Source of the DNA: a virus
Lineage: Duplodnaviria; Caudoviricetes
Strand: one strand, 5' to 3'
DNA: 64,000 bases
IMG/VR virus record: IMGVR_UViG_3300011962_000024
Span: 18,466 to 82,465 of that record
Shown here: positions 37,527 to 46,460 of the stretch, in pieces
How the letters are laid out: every line of letters begins with the position of its first letter
How positions within the stretch are numbered: position 1 is the first letter of the stretch
The notes under the pieces: model-generated
Told to the model about the DNA's origin: nothing
The model's database searches: none
Seen by the model: the letters and a program-made list of their open reading frames with translations, nothing else
Translations under genes and position numbers: made by a program

Positions 37527-37973
37527 TTACCCTTTTGCTATCGAGTACGAAATCGAGCGCAGTATTTCATATACAGATTCATCGCTAGACGGCCCGAAGG
37601 CAAATTCGTTCTCGGTGTCACTTCCTGCGAAAACGCCCTTCTCATTAACAGTCAGAGCCCAAACTGGATGCCACTCTGTCTGGTCGAGCCGGTTGCAAAC
37701 AGCTTTTTCGATATGCACGATCGCTTGATGGCCGGTATCGCCGATCGATAACTCCGTTCTCCCTCGCCCGTTTCCATACGGCGTTTGGATCGAATAGAAC
37801 CCATCGGGTTGCGCTTCAATATGCAAGCCAAGCAACTCGGGAATGAAATCTACCGAGGCAAAAGTAACGACCTGCTTCATTATTATTTCAGCGCGGCGCT
37901 TCAACTTTCCTGTCGCGCTGACAGCTTCGACGACTTGTTCCAGCCTCTCTTGCCGGATCCTTGTGAATGACAT
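37527..37973 (-). CDS. Hypothetical protein (AT-richer moron)
   Basis: Likely start MSFTR after a GGAG RBS; followed by its own terminator near 37484-37510. Confidence 0.65.
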   Translation of the reverse strand: MSFTRIRQERLEQVVEAVSATGKLKRRAEIIMKQVVTFASVDFIPELLGLHIEAQPDGFYSIQTPYGNGRGRTELSIGDTGHQAIVHIEKAVCNRLDQTEWHPVWALTVNEKGVFAGSDTENEFAFGPSSDESVYEILRSISYSIAKG

Positions 37974-38052
37974 ATTGGCTCTCCGTTGGCAGAAGGACGC
38001 AGTATGCGTCCCGACGCGGAGCCACCACAACGCCGCCACTTCTTTTTCCGCG

Positions 38053-38262
38053 TCACAAGCGCACCCGATCTACACCGGGACTACTCTTAAGTAGCTGCCG
38101 CAAGCGTGCAGCTAAACCCGCTTTCAAAGGGAGACTCCCTCCATCCACTCCAAGCAAGCCGCGCTTGATATCGGCCCAGATCACGCGCTGGATCTCGTTG
38201 CCGTTGACGAATACGCGCCGCACACCGCGACCATCGTTCCAGTGATGGAAGTGCTCGATCAT
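38053..38262 (-). CDS. Small hypothetical protein, possibly truncated
   Basis: RBS GGAGGAGG, ATGA overlap with the holin. Confidence 0.45.
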   Translation of the reverse strand: MIEHFHHWNDGRGVRRVFVNGNEIQRVIWADIKRGLLGVDGGSLPLKAGLAARLRQLLKSSPGVDRVRL

Positions 38263-38567
38263 CCCCTCCTCCGCTCTCGCCCGTCCCACCCATAGGGATG
38301 GCGCAGCACCTTGGAGAGATTGCCCCCGCAGCGCATCAACGAGGCCGTGAGCACGGCCAGCAGCAGGACCATGGGCCAGGCCTTGATCGGGACCACAAGC
38401 TCGCCGGCGAGGATGTAGATCACCGTCGCGCCACAGCAGGCCATGATCAGGGCGGCCATGATCGAGACGTCGCGGCGGAACTGGGAGCTGCCTCGGCGGT
38501 AGGTGAACATCCGGACGAACATCAGCAGGCTCAGGGCGAGGGTTGCGTAGGTCAGGGACTTATCCAT
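38259..38567 (-). CDS. Holin-family membrane protein (3 TM)
   Basis: Three hydrophobic segments, basic C-terminus RCGGNLSKVLR. Confidence 0.78.
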   Translation of the reverse strand: MDKSLTYATLALSLLMFVRMFTYRRGSSQFRRDVSIMAALIMACCGATVIYILAGELVVPIKAWPMVLLLAVLTASLMRCGGNLSKVLRHPYGWDGRERRRG

Positions 38568-38919
38568 CGATACCACCGTTCGGCGACGAGGATTGGCGCC
38601 GCCTCTTGAGTGCTGCCAGGGATACGGTCACCACCATCAGGGATGCGCCGAAGGCAGCAGAGGCCGGCAGCGCGAAGGGGTTGATCCCCCATAGCTCGAT
38701 CCCGGTGATCGCGGGAGCCAGCAGATAGCCCATGACGAACGAAATCAGGAAATAGGCCAGCCTCTCGGGCAGGTGCAGTTCCTTGGCGCTGATGAAGTAG
38801 ATCAACGACCCGCATAGCGATCCAACAGCTGCAGCGCTGTCCACGCCAGCCAGTAGGCCTGCTATACCCGCGCCCGCCATTCCGGCAGCTAGCACGCCGG
38901 TTGATGTTGGCTCGGCCAT
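38560..38919 (-). CDS. Putative holin
   Basis: MAEPTSTG start with 3-4 TM segments; first late gene after the tRNA. Confidence 0.75.
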   Translation of the reverse strand: MAEPTSTGVLAAGMAGAGIAGLLAGVDSAAAVGSLCGSLIYFISAKELHLPERLAYFLISFVMGYLLAPAITGIELWGINPFALPASAAFGASLMVVTVSLAALKRRRQSSSPNGGIDG

Positions 38920-39060
38920 TCGGGGGACTCCAGGAATAAAACGCCCGGGGAGGTCGGGCAAAATAATCAGGCTCCTCGATGTGCGTCAGTCCGCTCGGAG
39001 CTGGGAAGAAGACACGGGAGCCAGAAACGACAAAGCCCAGCGCTTGGCCGGGCCCAAAAA

Positions 39061-39136
39061 TGGATGCGAGGGCCGGATTCGAACCGGCGACCTTCGGGAT
39101 ATGAGCCCGACGAGCTGACCACTGCTCCACCACGCA
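39061..39136 (-). tRNA. Phage-encoded tRNA-Met(CAU), initiator-like
   Basis: 76-nt cloverleaf, encoded CCA, three G-C pairs in the anticodon stem, A11-U24, T-loop TTCGAAT. Confidence 0.92.
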
Positions 39137-39142
39137 TAAACG

Positions 39143-39244
39143 AAAAACCCCGACACGATGGCCGGGGTTCTTTTGGGTCACTCCTACACGTGCGCAGGAA
39201 TGACAGGATGGGGAAATATTCGGCATTCCGGCAACGGAAGTCAA
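39143..39244 (-). promoter_or_regulatory. Late promoter (pR'-like) with downstream terminator (tR'-like)
   Basis: TTGACT overlapping the upstream stop codon, 18-nt spacer, AATATT; hairpin-T tract at 39143-39169. Confidence 0.55.
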
Positions 39245-39801
39245 GCTGCTTCGCTTTGAAGCACTCCTTCTGCTCGCAATATCTGCTCGGCCTCCTTCAG
39301 CGCCTCGCCAACCATGTCTTCCAGGGTCTTGACTATCAGGCTCCGCCAGTGCCTCCGAGTCCGCTCTGGGCTGGCCGTCTCGTCCCAGTTGTTCATGTCG
39401 TACCAACCGGCGGGCAGGACGATCAGGTCGCGCGTTGAGCGCTTGCCATCCACACCCTTGAGCGGCGGGATTGCCCAGGTCGTCACCGCCCGATCTACAA
39501 ACAGTCTCGGGGCGTGGCTTGCGATGAGCGGCACCAGCGCATGGATAGCCTCAACCTTGCGCAGCTTATGAGTGCTAAACCTGGCAACCAGTGCATTCCA
39601 GTGCCGCGGTATCAGTTGGCTATGCAGCCGAGCGAACACCCAGCAATCCGCATTCATGCGGTCCTCTGGCGAAACACTCATCCCAGCGGGCCTCCCCTCC
39701 CCCGCCGCGTACATGCGCTGCCAGGCTTGCTTGGCCGTGTTGTCGATACATTCCGCCGCTAGGGCGGATACCACTGCAGCCAGTGTGCTTGGATAGATCA
39801 T
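39241..39801 (-). CDS. Putative late-gene regulator (Q-position protein)
   Basis: Last early gene before the late promoter/terminator; function inferred from synteny. Confidence 0.6.
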   Translation of the reverse strand: MIYPSTLAAVVSALAAECIDNTAKQAWQRMYAAGEGRPAGMSVSPEDRMNADCWVFARLHSQLIPRHWNALVARFSTHKLRKVEAIHALVPLIASHAPRLFVDRAVTTWAIPPLKGVDGKRSTRDLIVLPAGWYDMNNWDETASPERTRRHWRSLIVKTLEDMVGEALKEAEQILRAEGVLQSEAA

Positions 39802-40385
39802 GCGGCCTTCCCCTTCAGGCTTCTGGTCATTGCACGGAACGAGGCCTTCATCGCCTTCAGCTCCTCGATGGTGTAGCGCTGGGGCTCGTGGGGCCCCTCA
39901 AGCCACTCAACCTGATCGGCGCCGATGCGCTCCACCAGGTTGATGCGGTAATTCACGATGTCGCCGGACTTGTGGTTATTGCAGGGGGCACACTGCTTAT
40001 GGACGTTTAGCGGGTTAAAGCGCAGTTCTGGATTGGCCCCGACTGTCCGGTAGTGCCCCGCGTGGTACTGGCCCTGGTGATGCCGGCCGCAGCTGATGCA
40101 CGGCAGGTCGCGATCCCGTTCGCGGATCCACTCGTTGAAAGCCGCCTGGGTCTCGCGCAGGTGATCGCCCTTGGTCTTGATGCGTTCCCGCGCAGCGCGG
40201 CGGGCTGCCCTCTCCTGCTGTTCCTGGCGGCGCGACTCCCTCGCTTTCTGCGTCTGGGTCAGCGCGATAGCACAGCCGACGCTGCAGGCAGTCTGCAGTG
40301 GCCGAGCGGGCACGAACTCAGCTCGGCAGGCGGTGTTGCGGCATTTCTTGGGCCGTACGGCCCTGGTGAGCTTGGTTTGCTTCAT
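39798..40385 (-). CDS. ninG: NinG/Rap recombination endonuclease
   Basis: CISCG, AGHYRTVG, NVHKQCAPCNNHKSG; start trimmed to MKQTK. Confidence 0.9.
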   Translation of the reverse strand: MKQTKLTRAVRPKKCRNTACRAEFVPARPLQTACSVGCAIALTQTQKARESRRQEQQERAARRAARERIKTKGDHLRETQAAFNEWIRERDRDLPCISCGRHHQGQYHAGHYRTVGANPELRFNPLNVHKQCAPCNNHKSGDIVNYRINLVERIGADQVEWLEGPHEPQRYTIEELKAMKASFRAMTRSLKGKAA

Positions 40386-40885
40386 GCAATAGCCCTCCGC
40401 AAGACCGGGACCACATGACCAAGCCCTGCCCTTTCCAGCGCAGCGACATTTGCTAGCCCGTAGGCAACCAGGCAGATCGGTGCGCCGGAGTTGAATGCCG
40501 CCCGGCTGCCATCGATGCGGTGAAAGTGTGGGCGGCCCTGAAGAAACAGCACGGCGTCGGCTGCGCCCCAGACCGTCTCGAAGAACATGGCTGTCTCGGT
40601 GCGGGCCGGGATCAACGCGATTCCGTTGCCATGCGCGGCGAGCTTGCGCATCCACTTGATTGCCTCGCGGCCGAATGGCGGGTTCATCCATACGCGGCCA
40701 TGCCACTCTCGAGCTAGGCCGTCATCTTCCTTGCAGAAGTGAGCGGCGGCGGTCGGCCAGGGGCGGCGCGATTCATGCGGCGAACATGGGTCTAGGTCAA
40801 ACGAGCCAAGCGCGGCCAGTATCTCCGGCGGCGTCAGCCATTCATCAGTGCCCATGACGGGCGATTGGTGTCCTGACATGCTCAT
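40382..40885 (-). CDS. Phage N6-adenine DNA methyltransferase (Dam-like)
   Basis: DEWLTP, FDLDPC, WMNPPF, LIPART. Confidence 0.88.
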   Translation of the reverse strand: MSMSGHQSPVMGTDEWLTPPEILAALGSFDLDPCSPHESRRPWPTAAAHFCKEDDGLAREWHGRVWMNPPFGREAIKWMRKLAAHGNGIALIPARTETAMFFETVWGAADAVLFLQGRPHFHRIDGSRAAFNSGAPICLVAYGLANVAALERAGLGHVVPVLRRAIA

Positions 40886-41106
40886 GCCGCCACCTCCCCG
40901 AACAGCTCGAGCTGAACTTCGCCGCGCTCGAGGTATGTCTGAGCGCGACGGTGCGCCATGTTCTTCCGGAAGGCCGCGAGCTCAAGCCGCCGATCAGCCG
41001 GGCCGGCACCTAGATAGCGGGCAAACGCCAGGTTCATACGCGCTCGCTCGGTCCAGAAGTTCCGGTTTGCTACCGGGCAGACCGTGATTTCTTCGAGGGT
41101 CGTCAT
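40882..41106 (-). CDS. Hypothetical protein
   Basis: ATGA overlaps on both sides. Confidence 0.6.
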   Translation of the reverse strand: MTTLEEITVCPVANRNFWTERARMNLAFARYLGAGPADRRLELAAFRKNMAHRRAQTYLERGEVQLELFGEVAA

Positions 41107-41375
41107 GCCTCCACCTCGCGGGATTTCTGGCGCTCTGGCTGGAAGTCGCCGCGCAGGGGCATGAGGTTCCTTTCATGCTCAATAGTCGAATCCTCACCAA
41201 CGGCAACGTGCCAGCCAGGTCTCCCGCTCGAAGGGCGGAATACATATGAACGCTTTCCGTCGATCGAGGTGACGATATCGCCAGGCATCACGAACCTAAT
41301 CAGCTCTACCGCCCTTCCCATGAAATGCCCCGACAGAGCCAGCGCCAGATCGCCCGGCTTGAATTGGTTATTCAT
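41103..41375 (-). CDS. Hypothetical protein
   Basis: FKPGDLAL...LMPLRGDFQPE; ATGA overlaps. Confidence 0.65.
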   Translation of the reverse strand: MNNQFKPGDLALALSGHFMGRAVELIRFVMPGDIVTSIDGKRSYVFRPSSGRPGWHVAVGEDSTIEHERNLMPLRGDFQPERQKSREVEA

Positions 41376-41959
41376 GCAAAGCCCCCCATCACTTCTGCCG
41401 CCGCCATCGCATCGGCCTCGGTCTCAAAATGCGCCGACAGCACCAGCCGCCAGCAGGCGTTGAACACGTCCCGGTAAAGCGGCTCGAACGCCGTGTCGTC
41501 CATGGCGGCCCAGCTGATGGACTTGGCCTCCTTGCGGATACCGTCCGGGGTCTGCACCAGGTGGAAATGCCCTGCTTCGATGGTCACCCAGTCGCGGAAG
41601 GCCTCGCGGCTCTTGTCCACTGCGGGAAATCGGTCGGCGCGGTCGGCCTCGAGCTTTTCCAGGTACGCCTGCACTGCGGCGCCCAGTTGCCCTGGCTTGC
41701 CGTTCAGGTCTTCGAAGTACTTGGCCAGGCCACGAATGCCGCGCAGCTCCTGCCGGGGAATGAGCCCGCCCTTCGGCTCCCAGTACTCCCAGGCCAGATC
41801 GAGCATGGCGAAGAACTTGCCGTGGAATTTTGCGTTCCGCATGCGGGTGAATTTGCCGTGCACGACCTGGCCGGCCTTCCACTTCTGGACGGTCTCGCGG
41901 TCGGCTTCCGTGGCCGGGACCAGGCCCTGGGCGGTGCGGATGAGTGCGAGGTCAGCCAT
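41372..41959 (-). CDS. DUF1367-family protein
   Basis: RNAKFHGKFFAML, AKSISWAAMDDTAFEPLY. Confidence 0.82.
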   Translation of the reverse strand: MADLALIRTAQGLVPATEADRETVQKWKAGQVVHGKFTRMRNAKFHGKFFAMLDLAWEYWEPKGGLIPRQELRGIRGLAKYFEDLNGKPGQLGAAVQAYLEKLEADRADRFPAVDKSREAFRDWVTIEAGHFHLVQTPDGIRKEAKSISWAAMDDTAFEPLYRDVFNACWRLVLSAHFETEADAMAAAEVMGGFA

Positions 41960-42056
41960 TTCGCCCTCCCCGCTTCACCCGCACCAGAAACTCCAGGGTC
42001 GCGCACGCGGCGATGGCGATCAGGAAGGAGAGTGTTGGGATTAGGAATGCGGTCAT
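41952..42056 (-). CDS. Small membrane peptide (34 aa)
   Basis: Hand translation MTAFLIPTLSFLIAIAACATLEFLVRVKRGGRNG; GGAGG RBS; overlaps both neighbours. Confidence 0.45.
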   Translation of the reverse strand: MTAFLIPTLSFLIAIAACATLEFLVRVKRGGRNG

Positions 42057-42829
42057 GCCTTCACCTCCAGCGCAGCCAGCGCGTCCAGTTGTTCTTGGCG
42101 ACGCTTTTCGAAACGCTCCTGACGCTCACGGAGATCAGCGACGCGCTTGGCTTCCTTCGCCGCTTGCGACTCAGCTACCGACGCCTTCACGAGCTGCAAC
42201 TTGGCGCGCACGTCTTGGCTCGGCATCGCAACGCGCCCAGTGATCAGGCCAGCAATGGCAGCACCGTCCTGGGTGATCGGCTCGTGCGTCAGTTGCTCGC
42301 GGTATTCCTGAACGACCGGCGCGGGAAGACGGCCAAGGCGCCCGGCCTCCTCCACTGCCATCAGGCGGCGCTGGGGGTCGAATCCGGGAGACAGCGACCA
42401 CTTGACCGGCCTGCCTTCGCGGCGGGCGGTGTCAATCAGGCGCTGGTAGGCGGACAGAAACGACATGCGGGCACCGACCTTGTCGCCGGCGTCGAGAATC
42501 GCGCGAGCTGCACCAAGGGCCAGCTGGATTTCGTCAGTCAGCACAACGCTGTCGAACTCATCCGATGCTGCCAGGGCGAGCGACCAGGCTTCGTTGGGCT
42601 CAGGACGGCCATCAGCAGCCTGAACACGCTGAAGGATTGCCGCCAGGGTCAGCTTGCCGGTCAGCTCCTTCCGGCATGCGCGCAGAGCGGCAGCAATATC
42701 CTCCATGCCGTACTCGGCGAGGTCTTCAGCCATAAGCTCGGCCGCATTGGCGCTGATCGCATGACCCAGGGTTTCAGCGGTCGCGCACAGGGCGGCGGCC
42801 AGTTCAGCTTGTTGGTCACAGGAAAGCAT
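42053..42829 (-). CDS. Replication protein, P-position (helicase-loader-like)
   Basis: Follows the O-like gene; GRPEPNEAWSLAL. Confidence 0.65.
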   Translation of the reverse strand: MLSCDQQAELAAALCATAETLGHAISANAAELMAEDLAEYGMEDIAAALRACRKELTGKLTLAAILQRVQAADGRPEPNEAWSLALAASDEFDSVVLTDEIQLALGAARAILDAGDKVGARMSFLSAYQRLIDTARREGRPVKWSLSPGFDPQRRLMAVEEAGRLGRLPAPVVQEYREQLTHEPITQDGAAIAGLITGRVAMPSQDVRAKLQLVKASVAESQAAKEAKRVADLRERQERFEKRRQEQLDALAALEVKA

Positions 42830-43730
42830 TGCGCTTACCTCCCTTCTGGCGGATGCGCTCAGCGGCTTCCTGTGCGGCGTTGATGTTGGCCTGGGTCTGC
42901 TCGATCTGGCGGGCAGTGGCCCCGTTGATCTGGCGTCCCGTCTGCCATTGGGTGTGGAACGCCTCGGCCTTGGCGAGCAGGTCGTTCAGGTTGTGGCAGC
43001 CGTTGATCAGGCGTGCGTCGTTGACGGTCAGGTAGAACGCGGCCACCTGTGGCGCAGCGTCTGCCCCTAGGCGGTCGATCAGCTGGCCGACCTGCCCCCC
43101 GGCTTTGGCATTCCAGACAGGCCAGGTGCCGTAGCGCTTGCGGTAGGCGAAGGCGTAGTTGGCCCAGGTACGGAAGGTTTTGCAGGTCTGGTCTTTGGGG
43201 CCCGGCATGTCTGCTGGGATTTCAACGCGTGGCCTCACCGGCTCGAACGGAACGACCTGACCCGTGGCGACCGAGGCGTCAGCCTGGGGCGGCAATGGTT
43301 CATTGACCGGTTCATTGACCGGTTCATTGACCGGTTCAAGAGAGTGACTGGTTCTGGGTGCAGCTCCTGCACTACCCCCTGGTGCAGGAGATTCACTAGG
43401 GGGTGCAGCTCCTGCACTACCCTGGTGAACATGCTGCACTACCCCTGGTGCAGGAGATTCACCACCAAGGGTCAGGAAATACACGTTCGACGAGTTCCCC
43501 TTAGGGCCTCCCTTCCTGATTTCCTTGCGGAGCAGGCCGGACTCGCAGAGCGCGGCAATGTGGTTCATCACCGACCGCTTGCTGATCTCACATTGATCGG
43601 CGATATGCTGGTACGAGGGCCAGCACTCGCCCTGATCGCTGGCGTTGTCGGCCAGCTTGATCAGCACCAGCTTGCGCAGTGGATTGCCGACGCGAATCTT
43701 CATCGCGGCGACCATAAGTCCCATGCTCAC
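42816..43730 (-). CDS. Replication initiator (O-like, N-terminal HTH)
   Basis: KLVLIKLADNASDQGECWPSYQHIADQCEIS; internal iteron-like repeats. Confidence 0.88.
   Translation of the reverse strand: MSMGLMVAAMKIRVGNPLRKLVLIKLADNASDQGECWPSYQHIADQCEISKRSVMNHIAALCESGLLRKEIRKGGPKGNSSNVYFLTLGGESPAPGVVQHVHQGSAGAAPPSESPAPGGSAGAAPRTSHSLEPVNEPVNEPVNEPLPPQADASVATGQVVPFEPVRPRVEIPADMPGPKDQTCKTFRTWANYAFAYRKRYGTWPVWNAKAGGQVGQLIDRLGADAAPQVAAFYLTVNDARLINGCHNLNDLLAKAEAFHTQWQTGRQINGATARQIEQTQANINAAQEAAERIRQKGGKRNAFL
43297..43462. repeat. Putative replication origin iterons inside the O-like gene
   Basis: GGTTCATTGACC x3 (43297-43332), plus GGTGCAGCTCCTGCACTACCC x2 and CCTGGTGCAGGAGATTCAC x2. Confidence 0.72.
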
Positions 43731-44530
43731 GCGGCACCCCCGGCGACAATCCTCACCAATTCGGCAAAACGCTCGACATACCAGTGAGGCTGCGTTTCGC
43801 GAGGAGAATGAGGGCTGGTGAGGTTTTTGCCATAGCGCTGCCCTTTCTCGGTGACAGCCCAGAAATGGACGGTTTCGCGCTTGGCGTTCACGCGGGACAT
43901 CTGCTTGATGATCCCGGCGTCGCGCAGCTTCCAGTTAAATGGCGCAGCTGCGCACTTTATGCCGTGCAGCTTCAGCAGTTCGGTCAGCGGCTTAGTGGGC
44001 ATGGAACCGCCGCCGTCACCAGCATCTGGCGCCGCATCTATCGCATAGGCAGGCAGAAAGCTTGGCTCCAGACCATTGTTCTCGGCGATCTTGGCCAGCA
44101 TCAGAATCTGGCTGGACGGTGCCGGCTTCAGCAGGCGAGTGAAGCACTCCATGATGGCGATCTCGCCGATCACCTTCGTTCCATTCGACGTCACGGCGAC
44201 GCGTGACGCTTCCTGCTGCTCAAGTTCGCGCCAGCGGCGGATCACCTTCATCCGCAGTGCGGCACTGTATCCGGTCAGCAGGCAGTCGGTATGCTCGCGG
44301 TCCAACAGGTACTCGGTCTGGCGGCGCCCGCGACCATCCAGGTAGATATGCTCAAAACTGAGCACATTGGCTTTCAGGTCGGCAAGCATCGTCAGCACGT
44401 CGCGCTTCACGTTGGTGTGGCGCTTCCCGGTGAGCTTGGCGATCTCGCGAGAGGACATAGTCCGAGTCACGGAATCGTCCGGCGTGAAGCCACGAGACGC
44501 AGGGTTGATCGTAGTGTTCAGGTTTTGCAT
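43727..44530 (-). CDS. Rha-family regulator with antirepressor-like C-terminal domain
   Basis: TMSSREIAKLTGKRHTNVKRDV, C-terminal FWAVTEKGQRYGKN; start trimmed to MQNLN. Confidence 0.82.
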   Translation of the reverse strand: MQNLNTTINPASRGFTPDDSVTRTMSSREIAKLTGKRHTNVKRDVLTMLADLKANVLSFEHIYLDGRGRRQTEYLLDREHTDCLLTGYSAALRMKVIRRWRELEQQEASRVAVTSNGTKVIGEIAIMECFTRLLKPAPSSQILMLAKIAENNGLEPSFLPAYAIDAAPDAGDGGGSMPTKPLTELLKLHGIKCAAAPFNWKLRDAGIIKQMSRVNAKRETVHFWAVTEKGQRYGKNLTSPHSPRETQPHWYVERFAELVRIVAGGAA

Positions 44531-44728
44531 ACTGAGAACCTCAGGCTTTTGCAAAGAATCAGCCCGCCCGCCAGCGGGCTTTTTCATGTCTGTAATTCCG
44601 GTACTGGATAGCCGTACAGCTAAACCAGACCAATACCGCCGCTTCGCTTGCCTGCCTAAGATGGAATCCATGGAAACCACTGACAGGGACGTTGCTATGC
44701 AAAGACGATCACCCCAACACCCTGCCGC

Positions 44729-44932
44729 TCATGCCGCCCGGCTCTTCGGCTGCTGGGAAGGGAACGGGCGCAGCTCTTCGGCGGTGTGCGTGCCGTCGGC
44801 ATGCTCAATGACATAAATCTCGCGGCCGACACGAAGCGCTTTGTTCAGCGCGCCCTGCGTGAGACCGAGGGTCTTGGCAGCCTCGGTCTGGCCTTTGGCC
44901 TCAGCGAATTCTTTAAGAGGAATGCGGCGCAT
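44729..44932 (-). CDS. cro: Cro-like repressor
   Basis: GQTEAAKTLGLTQGALNKAL...FPS, divergent from cI. Confidence 0.9.
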   Translation of the reverse strand: MRRIPLKEFAEAKGQTEAAKTLGLTQGALNKALRVGREIYVIEHADGTHTAEELRPFPSQQPKSRAA

Positions 44933-44966
44933 TGCTCTGCTCTCCTAGTTTGTTCTGCTTCAGAAT

Positions 44967-45026
44967 ATCTCTTTAGGAGATACGGAACAACTCCTATGGA
45001 GATAGGCAGATATTTCCGCCGGGAAT
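44967..45026. promoter_or_regulatory. Three 15-bp operators (OR)
   Basis: ATCTCTTTAGGAGAT, AACTCCTATGGAGAT, ATTTCCGCCGGGAAT; consensus ATCTCC-N3-GGAGAT. Confidence 0.82.
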
Positions 45027-45037
45027 AGAATCCGAAA

Positions 45038-45958
45038 ATGAAAAAAGACCGACGCCCTTTGCAGGAGTGGGAGAAGCAGGAGTGCGCCTCGCTGAAGGCG
45101 GAGTTCTTGGCTTACAACCTATCCCCGCCCAATGGAAAAAAGCTCACTCAGGAAGAGGCTGCGCACGCTCTTGGAATGAGCCAGGGGACTTTCAGCAGTC
45201 ACCTGAACGGCTATCGAGCCCTCAATAAAGAAATGGCTGCGACCCTCGCAAAGATGCTCGGTATCCCTGTCTCGCGGTTCAGCAAAAGGCTGGCAGAAGA
45301 GATTCAGGCCATGTCCGAGGCGGCCGGAATCAACGAGGCTTCGGCTGGCGCGGCCCGAGACGCAGAAAGCGGCTCAGCATCTTCTGCCGAACTGGTGCTC
45401 GAGATGCTTGCCAAGGCAGGCAAGCTCACACCCGAAGGTCGCCAGGCCATTCTCTCGGCAGTCGATGAGGCGTCTGATTCCCCTCCTCCCAGTAACGTCA
45501 TCACGCACGACTTCTCCGGCCTGCGCGTGCGCCCGGAAGAAATCCTGATTCCTCAGTACGACGTCCGCGGCGCGATGGGCCACGGCCAGGTGCCGGCCGA
45601 CTACAACGAAGCCATCCGCAACCTAGTCATTCGCGAGGATGTGTTGCGCGAAAAGGGCGTGACCTACACCTCCCCCGAGGCGCTGGCGATGATCACCGGC
45701 TGGGGCCAGAGCATGGAAGGCACGATCAACGACAAAGACCCGGTCATCGTCGACCGCGGCGTCAACGAGTTCATCGGCGAAGGCGTCTACGTGCTGACCT
45801 GGCATGACCTGCTTTACATCAAGCGCGTCCAGCAGAAGGACGCAGAGCACTTCTGGCTGATATCGGACAACCCCAAGAACAAGGACCTCGAAGCGCGGAT
45901 CGACGACGTGACGATCCATGCAAAGGTGCTGTTGGTCTGGAATGCGAGGAAGGTTTGA
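45038..45958 (+). CDS. cI: CI-like repressor (HTH + S24 autopeptidase)
   Basis: TQEEAAHALGMSQGTFSSHLNG; GAMG cleavage region, GQSMEG Ser, YIKR Lys. Confidence 0.93.
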   Translation: MKKDRRPLQEWEKQECASLKAEFLAYNLSPPNGKKLTQEEAAHALGMSQGTFSSHLNGYRALNKEMAATLAKMLGIPVSRFSKRLAEEIQAMSEAAGINEASAGAARDAESGSASSAELVLEMLAKAGKLTPEGRQAILSAVDEASDSPPPSNVITHDFSGLRVRPEEILIPQYDVRGAMGHGQVPADYNEAIRNLVIREDVLREKGVTYTSPEALAMITGWGQSMEGTINDKDPVIVDRGVNEFIGEGVYVLTWHDLLYIKRVQQKDAEHFWLISDNPKNKDLEARIDDVTIHAKVLLVWNARKV

Positions 45959-46146
45959 CAAGGCTCGGAGGGAGCGTCGAGGAGAAGTATCTTCCTCCGA
46001 CTGCAGCGAATTCGGATGAGCGACCGCCCTGTTATGCTGGGCCTATAGCATGAGCCGTTGAGCAACTGCTTGAACAAAAAGGAATTTTTTGGGGGTGAGA
46101 TGAGAGCTCTATCACTTTCGGCCTGCAGGAGCATGTGCTGGGCGGA

Positions 46147-46180
46147 TTGCGCGCCAAGGTGCAACTACTTTATAGTTGCA
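46147..46180 (+). promoter_or_regulatory. Promoter with overlapping palindromic operator for the TA-chaperone operon
   Basis: TTGCGC-18-TATAGT; TGCAACTA-N5-TAGTTGCA covers the -10. Confidence 0.62.
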
Positions 46181-46205
46181 ACCTTCGCGCTTTGCAGAGG
46201 TCCCA

Positions 46206-46460
46206 ATGAGCAAGCTTGATAAGCTCATCGCGAGATTCCTCTGCGAGCCTCCGCCAAAAGATTTCAGCTGGGATGAACTCGTGAAGGTCATGAGGTCGTA
46301 CGGCTACAGGGAGCTTGAAGGCAAAGGATCTCGAAAAAAATTTGTGAACAGTGTCAATCACAAGATTTTGCTGCATAAACGACACCCTGATAGCACATTA
46401 CTTGACTATCAGATCGAGGACGTAAAACACGGACTCAGACAGGAAGGGCACATTAAATGA
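46206..46460 (+). CDS. hicA: HicA-family toxin
   Basis: FSWDELVKVM..GY...GKGSRKKF...LLHKRHP; start trimmed to MSKLD. Confidence 0.88.
   Translation: MSKLDKLIARFLCEPPPKDFSWDELVKVMRSYGYRELEGKGSRKKFVNSVNHKILLHKRHPDSTLLDYQIEDVKHGLRQEGHIK

Noticed and set aside
41429-42883. 484-aa plus-strand ORF
   Set aside because: Antisense to three well-supported replication-region genes.
43297-43462. CRISPR-like or mini-array repeats
   Set aside because: No unique spacers; in-frame inside the initiator gene, better explained as iterons.
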